A stretch of 62,392 nt of DNA, counting the filler. It is 9 parts of 9 records of this genome, joined end to end, with 100 filler letters (N's around TTAATTAATTAA, not from the genome) between each part and the next. Parts side by side here need not be neighbours in the genome. Positions count along the whole stretch, not along the records: positions 36,593 to 42,671 come from SRR31156797_13508; positions 42,772 to 48,357 come from SRR31156797_13513; positions 48,458 to 56,922 come from SRR31156797_13524; 6 more parts are not named here. One strand, 5' to 3'. A program made the position numbers and the translations under genes. The notes under the pieces are model-generated. The model had not been told where the DNA came from. It worked only from the letters and a program-made list of their open reading frames with translations, and did no database searches. Numbering within the stretch: the first letter of the stretch is position 1; the number at the start of each line of letters is the position of its first letter. Shown one piece after another: positions 39,261 through 49,506 of the stretch.

Positions 39261-41114
39261 TTAATAGAATACAACTTTATTTCTTCCTGTTTTTTTCGCC
39301 TCATATAAAGCTTCATCTGCTCTTTTATATACAGTTTCAAATTTTTCATCATATATGCATACTGTACATCCCATTGAAATAGTAACTTGAATCTTATGTT
39401 CATCTATTTCAAAAATCTCTTTTTCTACAACTTTTCTTACTCTGTTTGCTATTTTTATAATATTTACACTTGAAGTATCGTCAATTAAAAGTAAAAACTC
39501 TTCACCACCAAATCTTCCTAAAATATCATCTTTTGATATCTCTTTAGAGATAAGTTTTGCCAGCTCTTTTAAAATGCAATCTCCAACATAGTGCCCATAA
39601 GTATCATTGATTTTTTTAAAGTAGTCAATATCAAAGATAATCATAGAGAAGTCTTTATCTTCGAGCCATCTTTTTGCATAGTTAGTTATTGTTGCTTTAT
39701 TATAAACACTTGTTAGTTCATCTGTACTTGCTTTAAAAGTTAAGTGATTTATTTTATGATTTAGAGTTGATACATCATTCATACAAATTAAATACTTTCT
39801 AATATCTAACTTAGAAACTTGAAAAGTAAAGTACATCTCTTGGTCATCTATTAGTTTGAACTTCGCTGGCATATCTTTATTGTTGTACCTTTTTGCAACT
39901 GCCATAAAGTTTGCTTTTGTTTTATTATCTATTAATGCAATATTTTCTAAAAAATTGTCTGTATTAAAAAATATCTCTTTAAACTTTCTATTAACACTTT
40001 GTATCTCTTTTCCATCAGTTATCATAATAATATTTTGTTGGGTATCAAGAACAGACTGTAAGAAGTCTCTCTCTTTTTTTAAAGTTAAGTCTTGTTGAGC
40101 ATTTATCACACGGAACATCTCATTTATTTTTCTAATTAAATAAGAGATCTCATCATCATAGCTAACTCTTAACTGATATTTTAATGTCTCATTTAAAGAT
40201 ACTTTCTTTACAATATTTGCAATATAATTAATTCTATTTACAAAAAGTTTATTTATAAAAATAAAAAATACAATCATTGTTAAAAAGAACATAGCTAAAA
40301 ACAAAAATAGAATATATTTTAGCTCTACAATCATATTATTGTAAACATCTCTACTATTTTGGAATCTTATATAGAAGTTTTCTTTTTCTAAAACATCATA
40401 AAACTTTAAATAGTAAAATAGCTTTTCATCATCTTGAACTTTTATCTTATAATCAATTACATCATTTTCAAAACTTATTTTACTAAAATCATCTACTCCA
40501 TAATTGCTAACTAAACTTGCATAATCACCTATAGTATCACTTATTTTAGTCAAAAAAGAGGAATTAATAGCTCTACCTGTAAAGACATAACCAGCCACTT
40601 CATTATTAAGTAAAACCTTTTCAAAACTAAATAATACTTTTTCAAAATTTAAGGTTACATATCTATTTTTACTAGATAAAGAGAGTTCATCAAAACTTGT
40701 TTTATTTAAAAAAGAGAAAAGCTCTTCAGGAACAGCCATTTGCTCTTCTGAACTTAAGTCATAATATTTTGATATTAGTGTTTTTTTATTTTCATCAAGT
40801 AAAATAAAATACGATAGATTTAGTTTTTTCATAAAATCAGGTTTGTTTATAAAAAAACTATTTAATGATTGAGTATCATTGTTTTTTATATAGTTTAATA
40901 GTAAGTCATGAGTTGAATACTCATAGCTTATATTTTCTACTTTTTCATAATAATTGTTTAATATACTTTGAACTTTTTTTACATTGTTAATAGTGATTTT
41001 CTCTTCTATACTTTCAATATTTACAACCCTACTTTTAACAATAAAAGAGATTAGAACAAAAGAGAAAATAAAGATTATTATAAAAAGAAGTGAAACTTTT
41101 TTATTTATATTCAT
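39261..41114 (-). CDS. Membrane sensor diguanylate cyclase (CHASE4-like/HAMP/PAS/GGDEF)
   Basis: Two TM helices, DEIS HAMP-like segment, FDIDYFKKINDTYGH, RFGGEEF. Confidence 0.9.
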   Translation of the reverse strand: MNINKKVSLLFIIIFIFSFVLISFIVKSRVVNIESIEEKITINNVKKVQSILNNYYEKVENISYEYSTHDLLLNYIKNNDTQSLNSFFINKPDFMKKLNLSYFILLDENKKTLISKYYDLSSEEQMAVPEELFSFLNKTSFDELSLSSKNRYVTLNFEKVLFSFEKVLLNNEVAGYVFTGRAINSSFLTKISDTIGDYASLVSNYGVDDFSKISFENDVIDYKIKVQDDEKLFYYLKFYDVLEKENFYIRFQNSRDVYNNMIVELKYILFLFLAMFFLTMIVFFIFINKLFVNRINYIANIVKKVSLNETLKYQLRVSYDDEISYLIRKINEMFRVINAQQDLTLKKERDFLQSVLDTQQNIIMITDGKEIQSVNRKFKEIFFNTDNFLENIALIDNKTKANFMAVAKRYNNKDMPAKFKLIDDQEMYFTFQVSKLDIRKYLICMNDVSTLNHKINHLTFKASTDELTSVYNKATITNYAKRWLEDKDFSMIIFDIDYFKKINDTYGHYVGDCILKELAKLISKEISKDDILGRFGGEEFLLLIDDTSSVNIIKIANRVRKVVEKEIFEIDEHKIQVTISMGCTVCIYDEKFETVYKRADEALYEAKKTGRNKVVFY

Positions 41115-41123
41115 TTTTTATTT

Positions 41124-41573
41124 TTATTGACAATCTTCACACAGTCCATAAATTATCATTGCATGGTCTTTTAAAATAAAGTTATTATCTTTTGCAATTG
41201 ATTCTTGTTTTTCTTCAATAATATCATCAGAAAACTCAATAATTTTATGGCAAGAAGTACAAACTAAATGATCGTGGTGCTCTGAAATTTTAAGTTCATA
41301 TCTTTTTACACTATCACCTACATCTAAACTATCAATAATATTTAAGTCCTCAAAAAACTTTACTGTTCTATAAACAGTTGCAATTCCTACATCAATGTTA
41401 TACTCTTCTTTTACCTTAAATGCTATTTGCTCAGCAGTTAAATGTTCATCTGAGTAAAAAAGAATTTTTAAAATATAATCCTTTTGAATTGAGTTTTTAA
41501 ATCCTAATTTTGATACGTGTAGTTTGAAGTTCTTTAAAAATGCATCAAATGTCATTCCGTGTTTACTGTTCAT
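41124..41573 (-). CDS. fur: Ferric uptake regulator family protein
   Basis: HLTAE, GIATVYR, HHDHLVCTSC, CEDC. Confidence 0.88.
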   Translation of the reverse strand: MNSKHGMTFDAFLKNFKLHVSKLGFKNSIQKDYILKILFYSDEHLTAEQIAFKVKEEYNIDVGIATVYRTVKFFEDLNIIDSLDVGDSVKRYELKISEHHDHLVCTSCHKIIEFSDDIIEEKQESIAKDNNFILKDHAMIIYGLCEDCQ

Positions 41574-41575
41574 TC

Positions 41576-41698
41576 TTATCCTCTTATATATATAATTACA
41601 AAACTAACTACTAATGCTAGTGTATAAACTTTCCAAAGCCTACCATGAATTTTGATATTTTTTTTATGTAAATTTGATTCTTGATACTCTTTTTTCAT
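41576..41698 (-). CDS. 40-aa putative membrane peptide (not in ORF track)
   Basis: MKKEYQESNLHKKNIKIHGRLWKVYTLALVVSFVIIYIRG; AAGG RBS; stop 2 nt before fur ATG. Confidence 0.55.
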   Translation of the reverse strand: MKKEYQESNLHKKNIKIHGRLWKVYTLALVVSFVIIYIRG

Positions 41699-41707
41699 TT
41701 TCAACCT

Positions 41708-41824
41708 TAATAATCAGTATCAAAATACTATTCAAAATATTCTTAATTTTATATTAATGATAGTAATTATCATTTTAAACTACTTTTAAGACTTCTTGCC
41801 TTATAATTTTGATAGCTATTATCA
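41708..41824. promoter_or_regulatory. Three Fur boxes in the divergent intergenic region
   Basis: TAATAATCAGTATCA 41708, TGATAGTAATTATCA 41758, TGATAGCTATTATCA 41810. Confidence 0.75.
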
Positions 41825-41839
41825 AGTAAAGGATATAAA

Positions 41840-42229
41840 ATGATTGCACTACCTGCTATAAACACTCTTGCAAGCAATGCACTAGTTGGAACAATTGCTA
41901 CAAAGTTAATTGATTCAGTAATTAGTTCTAAGATTTCTCAAAAACAAGATAGTAAAAAGTGGTTAAGAGAAAAGAAACTTAATACATTTTCTGTATTAAG
42001 TGATGAAATCGTAACTATGACTTGTGAAAACTTATCAGAAAAAAAGGTAGCTATTAGGTCAATTATTTCTAAATTAGTATTGCTAACTAATGAAAAAGAA
42101 TTAATTAATACATTAAATAACTATATGTTTATCTTAGAAGAGTATGAGTGCTATAAAGATGAAATTGACATGAAGTCAATTAATACTCAACTTATAAATA
42201 CAATTAGAAAATCTATAAACAATTTATAA
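41840..42229 (+). CDS. Hypothetical protein, Fur box upstream
   Basis: 129 aa, AAGGA RBS. Confidence 0.7.
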   Translation: MIALPAINTLASNALVGTIATKLIDSVISSKISQKQDSKKWLREKKLNTFSVLSDEIVTMTCENLSEKKVAIRSIISKLVLLTNEKELINTLNNYMFILEEYECYKDEIDMKSINTQLINTIRKSINNL

Positions 42230-42232
42230 TAT

Positions 42233-42311
42233 TGATAAAGACTATCAATATTAAGTATGATTTAAGTGTAATTTTTTTAGAATACATCTTATTATTTGAT
42301 AACGACTATCA
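42233..42311. promoter_or_regulatory. Two Fur boxes upstream of imelysin
   Basis: TGATAAAGACTATCA 42233, TGATAACGACTATCA 42297. Confidence 0.75.
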
Positions 42312-42334
42312 TTTAGAAAACTAAAAGGAAAAAT

Positions 42335-42671
42335 ATGAACAAAACAAAATTATTAGCAGCAAGTATTAGTTTTGCAGCGGCGCTAGCATTTTCTGGTTGT
42401 GCAGCATCGAATGCAGATTCTAAAGCACATTCTCACCATCATATGGAAAAAGGTGATATCTTAAGTTCTTATGCAAAAATTGCACATGATAACTACAATG
42501 ATGCACTAAATGATGCAAAAGCATTACAAAATGCTATTAATAAATTTGCAGCAAATCCTACTGAAAAAACTTTACAAGCAGCAAAAGATGCTTGGTTAGT
42601 TTCAAGAGAATCTTATGGACAAACTGAAATCTTCAGACTTGCAAATGGTCCAATTGATGCAGAAGAAGGTT
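42335..42671 (+). CDS. Imelysin family iron-regulated lipoprotein, truncated
   Basis: Lipobox FSGC, His-rich linker, AKDAWLVSRESYGQTEIFR..GPID. Confidence 0.85.
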
Positions 42672-42771
42672 NNNNNNNNNNNNNNNNNNNNNNNNNNNNN
42701 NNNNNNNNNNNNNNNTTAATTAATTAANNNNNNNNNNNNNNNNNNNNNNNNNNNNNNNNNNNNNNNNNNNN

Positions 42772-44323
42772 GTGTTTGTGATTTTTTATCGAAAGCTCCA
42801 TATCTTTCTAACCCATAGTTGTGTAATGTTGAAGTAGTTAATTTTTTTCTGATAGTTAGAATTAACTGTTTAATTCCATTAGGAATACATTGCTTAATCT
42901 TATATCTAAAATTAGATTCATTAATACATTTTTCTACAATCCAGTCAGATTTTTCAAAATAGTCAGGAAAAAACTTATTTAATGCATATCGTTCAAAATT
43001 TTGCTTATATCTCCACTCTGAAGGTAATGAACTGAAAAAATCCATCATACCCTTTTCCCAAAAAGGCATATACCAATCAAATCCACAGTAGTTATATACG
43101 TTCAAAGAATTCATTATGAATTTACTTTGCCTTTCCCGCCAATCCCAAAATTCAAAAGCACTAATTAAATCATTATCAGTTTCTAATTTCATTGAGCTTA
43201 ATTCAGTTTCAATTCTTTTTGATATTTTTAATCGATCTTTTTTTAGAATATAGTGAAAAGAAAAATGCTTTTCCATAATAGCATCAAGGAGATTTATCAT
43301 AGATAATTTTTTTTTAATGAAAAGTGACTTTGGGATATGACCACCCGCAAGAAAATCCAAAGTATGTCCTGGTAAAAATAAATAACGACTATTTGCATCT
43401 GGAAAAAGATTCTTCACTGCAATAAAAAGCGTAACTGGAGGAATTACTGAGTACTCCGAAGAATACTTTATCAGTTCTTTTATCTCTCCTTTACAATACT
43501 CATAATTCCACTTCTCTTTAGTATAAGGTTCAAATAGCCATCTATATCCAAGACTGTCAGCAACTTCTTTACTTTTAACAACCTCTTCATGTCCAGGTGA
43601 ACCAAAAGTGAAGCAAACAGCATTATTGACATTTTGATGTTTAAGCATCACGGCCAACAATCTTGAATCCCTTCCACCGCTCAGTGGAATAACAGGAGTA
43701 ATGTTATTTTCAATAATATATGTTGATAATCTATTAAAAGAATTAGAAATCACATTCCAGTATGTATCCAACTTGTCTTCAATAACTGGATTTTTGTCAT
43801 TACAGCTAGGGAAATAACTAAAGTAGGATTCAACATTAAACTCTCTAATATTTTTATCAAACATTAGATATTTACCAGGTAACAAAATCTTAAGATCATT
43901 GTATAAAGTATCATTACCAATACAATATCCACTAAAGAAAAATTCTCTAATACCATTATCATTCTGATCTGAAAAATTAATTCTATTTTTTAATGCATTT
44001 ACAGTATCGGAAATAAAAATTTCGTTATTCTGTAAAACATAGAAGATAGGAAATGATCTTAACCTATCAACAATTACAAATAAAAAATCATTTTTTTCGA
44101 TAATTATTGAAAAAAATCCATCAATTTTACTCAAACATAAATCTAAGCTATGTTTTTTATCAAAATCAATCTTGTCAAAGTGATTCAATAAATCATTACT
44201 ATCTGCATGCTTGTTATTTATCAAAATATATGTACCTTGATAATATAAAGTGAAATTAATCCCATTAATGGTATACCATTTACTTTTTTCACCTGTTAAA
44301 AGTAAACTACAACTTTCAATCAT
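42772..44323 (-). CDS. Asparagine synthase-like amidotransferase (polysaccharide amidation), truncated
   Basis: DRLRSFPIFY, PLSGGRDSR, WRERQSKFI.NS. Confidence 0.8.
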
Positions 44324-44380
44324 AAATCCTCATTACCGTATTTCTATCATTGGGAAAATAGCATTAAATATTTATTTCAA

Positions 44381-45676
44381 TCATAAAATAGATTTGAATT
44401 TTGAAACTAAACCCCGATAATAATAATTTACAGTTTTTACTACTGTTTTAATGAATATACTGCTCCATATTATTCTCTTATATACAAAAACATTGTCCGT
44501 TAAAAAAATCTTTTTACTTAATTCAAATCTTTTAATTAGCTGTCTTCTCAGTTGCCGATTAGGTTCGATAGATTCTATCTCATTTAATAAAGAATCCTTG
44601 TAGGGACTCATCAATGACTTACTTTTTAAATATTTCATCATGGCTACAAACTGCGTTTTCAATCTTGAATCCACAGCTTGCCCTTTAAAAATTGAATCAA
44701 CACATAAAGACTCAATACTAATAACTCCATCTAAGGCAGCCTTCTTAATTAGTTCATTGCCTTTATCGGTTCTGGCAATAACGACGGTGTTACCATCTGA
44801 CTCATCTTTACCTTCAATACCCCAAGGATCACCCAATACTAAATCACAGTTGCCACACATCATATTGAAGCAAATCAAACAACGAGGGACTTCATAAACT
44901 GTTTTTAATTGATGCCGCTTCCTTCTACTCAGAACATAATTTTTCTTTTCTGTATAAACCTTAACATTTCCAGGCCAACCACCAGCTTCCTTATCTCTAA
45001 ATCTAAATCCAATTACATCTTTTTCGTTTGCATCGGAAGCTCTAATAAGAGCATCAATGTAATTACCAGAATACTGTCCAGCGCAAAAAAGTCCGATTAA
45101 GTACTCCGGTCGATTAAAACTTTTATCCTTCTCAGTTAAATGTTTAATACTCTCTGCCTGACAACCCAATACAACAGCTGCCATTTTTTTATTATTATTC
45201 TCAAGTATTGCCTTCACAACAGATGATTGCGAATAATATGATCCTGCTGATTGAATTATTCCCTCTCGCGTAGTTTGAAAAGTGGCTTCTGGTCTATTTA
45301 TTTTTTTATTAAATGTATTAACTACAGCACCATCTATCGATCCATTATCTATTAAATAACATAGAAGTGCGGTTGCAAGACCTCCGCTCTGAGATTTTCT
45401 CCTGATTTTTAAATTCGTTGCATATCCTACATAGCCCTCTTTATATACACCATGAAAAATATCAATAGAATTTTTGTTAATATAATTGTCTGAAACACTT
45501 GGGCATACAGAACAACATTTCCTACAATGTATACATTTCTCACAATCAATGATTGGCACTAGAAAGCCTGATAGATTGTAATTCATTTTTATTGCTTGAA
45601 CAGGACATGTTCCTTCACAAGCACCACAACCGATACATAACGCATTGCATACAACCGAATCAATATTTGAATACAT
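44381..45676 (-). CDS. Coenzyme F420 hydrogenase beta-subunit-like Fe-S protein
   Basis: Two CxxCxxCxxxCP motifs, SQSGG, GSYY, GLFC, GDPWG. Confidence 0.88.
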   Translation of the reverse strand: MYSNIDSVVCNALCIGCGACEGTCPVQAIKMNYNLSGFLVPIIDCEKCIHCRKCCSVCPSVSDNYINKNSIDIFHGVYKEGYVGYATNLKIRRKSQSGGLATALLCYLIDNGSIDGAVVNTFNKKINRPEATFQTTREGIIQSAGSYYSQSSVVKAILENNNKKMAAVVLGCQAESIKHLTEKDKSFNRPEYLIGLFCAGQYSGNYIDALIRASDANEKDVIGFRFRDKEAGGWPGNVKVYTEKKNYVLSRRKRHQLKTVYEVPRCLICFNMMCGNCDLVLGDPWGIEGKDESDGNTVVIARTDKGNELIKKAALDGVISIESLCVDSIFKGQAVDSRLKTQFVAMMKYLKSKSLMSPYKDSLLNEIESIEPNRQLRRQLIKRFELSKKIFLTDNVFVYKRIIWSSIFIKTVVKTVNYYYRGLVSKFKSIL

Positions 45677-45684
45677 GACAAACT

Positions 45685-46947
45685 CTATTTTTCTAGTATC
45701 ATTTTTAAAGTACCAATAATTTCATCTTCTACTTCAATCATTTTATTATTTATTTTCTTCTTTGCTATTTCTTTATTCATAACTAACTTATCAAACATGA
45801 TTGAAAGTGTTTCTAACTTGAAATGACTCAATGGTATCAGCCACTCCGATTGATCATATGCTGATAATAATTCCAGATATTTATAGTGCCAGCCAATAAC
45901 TAAAACTGGGACTCCCGATGATAGAGATGCAACACAAGAGTGATACCTGGAGCCAACTAACATTATTGAATTTGCAATTATATTTTTAACCTTTATGTTC
46001 GTAATTTTACTGGTATTAATCAGTTCAACTTTTTCGTTTGTTTCAAATTTTCTGTACAACTCCTGCGCTAACTTATAATCACAGAAGGGTCGATCAGGAT
46101 TTAACTCGTTTGGTAGTATTGTAATTCTATAATCAGTCTTCAATAGAACATGTTCAAAGAATCCTGTAATGATATCAACATATCCCTGCCAATCATTAAG
46201 TTGCCTGGCCAATTGATGACTAACTGAGAATGTAATATATTCATTCATTTTTGTAATCACCCTCTTATCATTAAACTTCATTAAATTAGCAACGTCATGT
46301 GTAACACATATAGTAGAAATACTATTTATCGCAGTATCCATTTTCTTTTTACTAAATTGTTCTCTTGCAATCATGCTGCTAAATAGTCTTTTATATGTGA
46401 ATTGAGCCTGTAGCGTTAAAGATTTACCTTCAATTGGTCCATAACTAGCTGGAAATTTAATAGTTTTAATTGATAGGAATTTGCTGATAGTAGCTATCTT
46501 AAATTTACTTACTGTACGTAAAACAGAATTAATATAATTCAATTCAACTGGTTCTATATTTTTACAAAAGCATATACCATATAAATCAATAACGAAATCC
46601 GAACTTCTTATATCATTAAACAATTCATACAGATCACTGTTTCTGTTTAGTAATTTTAATTTGTAGAGCAGAAAGTGTAGAAATAAACTTTTAATAGTTA
46701 CTTTAGGTATTTTTTTCACATCAATACCATACTCATTATTTTTAGATCTATTTTCAGAATCTGAGCTATAACACACAAAATCAACACTATTGAAAATTTT
46801 GCGAAGAGCATCAATGCTCCCATGCAACAATGAAGGTCCACCAAAATTATTCCTCAAATTGATATTACACAATAGTATTTTTTCAGGTGATTTATCATTA
46901 ACATATTTTCTTTTTACCTTATTCAAACTTAATTGTTTAATCTTCAA
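45685..46947 (-). CDS. Polysaccharide pyruvyl transferase family protein
   Basis: NNFG, SYGP, ARE..S, GSRYHS..LSSGVP..IGWHYKY. Confidence 0.85.
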   Translation of the reverse strand: MKIKQLSLNKVKRKYVNDKSPEKILLCNINLRNNFGGPSLLHGSIDALRKIFNSVDFVCYSSDSENRSKNNEYGIDVKKIPKVTIKSLFLHFLLYKLKLLNRNSDLYELFNDIRSSDFVIDLYGICFCKNIEPVELNYINSVLRTVSKFKIATISKFLSIKTIKFPASYGPIEGKSLTLQAQFTYKRLFSSMIAREQFSKKKMDTAINSISTICVTHDVANLMKFNDKRVITKMNEYITFSVSHQLARQLNDWQGYVDIITGFFEHVLLKTDYRITILPNELNPDRPFCDYKLAQELYRKFETNEKVELINTSKITNIKVKNIIANSIMLVGSRYHSCVASLSSGVPVLVIGWHYKYLELLSAYDQSEWLIPLSHFKLETLSIMFDKLVMNKEIAKKKINNKMIEVEDEIIGTLKMILEK

Positions 46948-47089
46948 TTACTAATCTCCAGTAAATTTACTTAGTTCAAGATTATCAATTCTCAATAAAT
47001 GCATTAATAACATTGTATCTATAATCAATTTATTAACAAATGAAAATTGTGACACTAAACATAAATCTTAAATAACAATATAAATAAAA

Positions 47090-48357
47090 TTATTTCATTT
47101 TATAATATCTAAAGAGTTTATCCTGAAACTGTTTGTACTGCATAAGAAACGCTTCTGGCTTATTATGCTTTCTCATTCCAGCAAACTTACTTTTCACCGG
47201 AATTTTTTTAAAAAAGTAAAAAAAACGATTCATTATTCCGCTGATTATCAGATATATATCAATTCCTTTAACTACTGGGTTATTTTCTTTCAATGAATTA
47301 TATATATGCTCTGCAACTTTAACAGAAGGCATGGAGTCAATATCCCCTATATACTTCCGGATAATCTCATTCCGAAATTCTTTTTTCCCCTCAAACTCAT
47401 CTATCTTTTTTCCATCAAGTATTTTATTCAAGTACATCAAATACTTTTCCTCAGTATCAGGAACCAATGAACCATTCCTTAATTCAATATATCCCAGTGA
47501 ATCATCATCATAAATAGTTTTCTTACCATCATAGAGACTTATAGTTGTCTTATTTGATAGCCATGAATCAATCAGTGTCGTTGAATCAAAGGCTACAACT
47601 AAATCAGATTTCAATAATAATTGATAAAATGGTATTTCATCTTTTAAAATTAAAACATTTCTATTTTCAGTAAAGCTACCAATTATTTCGCTATTCTCAG
47701 GATCAATAACACCTGGATGCTGCTTCAAAATAAATAAAGTATCAGGTAATGACTTTATAGCACTTTCTAAATACTGAATCACTCGCTGTCTATAGAATAC
47801 TACGTTTTCCTTCTTAGATCCATTAACTTGTTTTACTACCTTATCAAAACCCCATCCAGAATATAAAACAATCTTCTCATATTCTTTATAGTCTAATAAT
47901 ATGTTTTTAAAATCTTCCTTTTTAAATATTTTATATTTCTCATGAAGAGTGCTACCCGCAACATCAAGAACTTTCTTGAATTGCGGGTATTTATCTATAG
48001 CCCAACTATAGCTATCATCATTCCACAAATACCACTTATTAACTGTAGGGATGCGAGTCTCATTCCAACCGATAATTGCACTTTCAAGATTAGATTTTCG
48101 AATCATTCCTTCCCCATGGAGAGAAACAACGTATACACCCCTATCTTTTGCATATTTCGTCATTCTTGCTGTCTGAAATGAACCAGTGCAACCATTTGAC
48201 AATAAAATTTTAGGTTTATACAGATCAATAGCGATATGATCAAATTGATTTCTTACAATAACATTTAAACTATATTTTTCTCTAAGAAGAAATATAATGG
48301 GAATTAGTGCTTCAGGACCACGCCCTTTCATGCCCCACAATAGAACTAATACATCAC
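47090..48357 (-). CDS. Surface carbohydrate biosynthesis protein (GT-B-like), 5'-truncated
   Basis: HGEG, LKQHPG, DLVVAFDSTTLIDS; located in polysaccharide locus. Confidence 0.6.
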
Positions 48358-48457
48358 NNNNNNNNNNNNNNNNNNNNNNNNNNNNNNNNNNNNNNNNNNN
48401 NTTAATTAATTAANNNNNNNNNNNNNNNNNNNNNNNNNNNNNNNNNNNNNNNNNNNN

Positions 48458-49399
48458 GAATATTATGATTCGATCGAAAAAGTAATAAACTACATAGAGG
48501 AAAATCTGAAGGAAAACATGACTTTAAACAGTTTATCAAAAATTGCATGTATGTCTGAGTTTTATTTTCATAGGGTTTTTACATATGTGACCGGTGAAAC
48601 AGTGATGACATATGTAAGAAAAAGAAGATTGACTAGTGCGGCACATGAATTAGTGGATACAGATAGAGCAATAATTGAAATAGCATTTGATTATTGTTAT
48701 GAGAGTCAGGAAGCATTTACTCGTTCTTTCAAAGCTGTGTTTAATGAAACACCAAGAAAATTTAGACTAAATAAGAATAAATCATTTTTAAACTTATTCA
48801 AAAGTAAAATACAAATTGAAAATATTAAAATTAAAAGAGGAGATACTGAAATGGAATATAAAATTGTTGAAAGAGAAAATATGTTATTAGTAGGTTTGGA
48901 ATGTGTTACTACTATTAAGGAAAATGATGAGAAAAGTATAATTCCTAAAATGTGGGGAGACTTTATATCAAGGATAAATGAAATAGGAAACAGAGTAGAT
49001 TCAGAGGAAAACTTTGGTTTTTGCGGAGAGGTAAAAAATTATTCTCCCCAAACTATTATGAATGAAGATTTAGAGTTTAGATATTTATCAGGTATTCAGG
49101 TTAGTAGTATTGAATCAATTCCTGAAGGAATGAAAGCTATAGAAGTACCAAAGCAGAAATATATAGTCTTTACACATAAGGGTGCAATTGATAGATTAGG
49201 AGAAACTTACAAAGCTATTTATACTAAAGCTTTTCCTGAAAGTGGATTTATTCCTGATAAAGCTTTTGATTTTGAAGTATATGATGAAAGATTTATCGGG
49301 CCTATGGATGATAATAGTGAGATGGATATTTATATTCCAATTAAGGATAAAACAGTAGAAGATGATGGAGTTAGAGTTACTAGGGGAATTGAGAAGTAA
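48458..49399 (+). CDS. AraC-family regulator with GyrI-like effector domain (start codon just off contig)
   Basis: SEFYFHRVF, YESQEAFTRSFK, C-terminal YIVFTHKG..DFEVYD..IYIPI. Confidence 0.9.
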   Translation, partial: EYYDSIEKVINYIEENLKENMTLNSLSKIACMSEFYFHRVFTYVTGETVMTYVRKRRLTSAAHELVDTDRAIIEIAFDYCYESQEAFTRSFKAVFNETPRKFRLNKNKSFLNLFKSKIQIENIKIKRGDTEMEYKIVERENMLLVGLECVTTIKENDEKSIIPKMWGDFISRINEIGNRVDSEENFGFCGEVKNYSPQTIMNEDLEFRYLSGIQVSSIESIPEGMKAIEVPKQKYIVFTHKGAIDRLGETYKAIYTKAFPESGFIPDKAFDFEVYDERFIGPMDDNSEMDIYIPIKDKTVEDDGVRVTRGIEK

Positions 49400-49442
49400 C
49401 TAAGAAAAAAAGAGTAAAATATTTTCAATAAAATCAGAAAAA

Positions 49443-49494
49443 TTGAGCTTTGAATTACGAAACTAGAGTATCTAGTGTGTTATTCGAAGCTCAA
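49443..49494. terminator. Inverted repeat between convergent genes
   Basis: TTGAGCTTTGAAT..ATTCGAAGCTCAA. Confidence 0.55.
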
Positions 49495-49506
49495 AATTCT
49501 ATAGAA

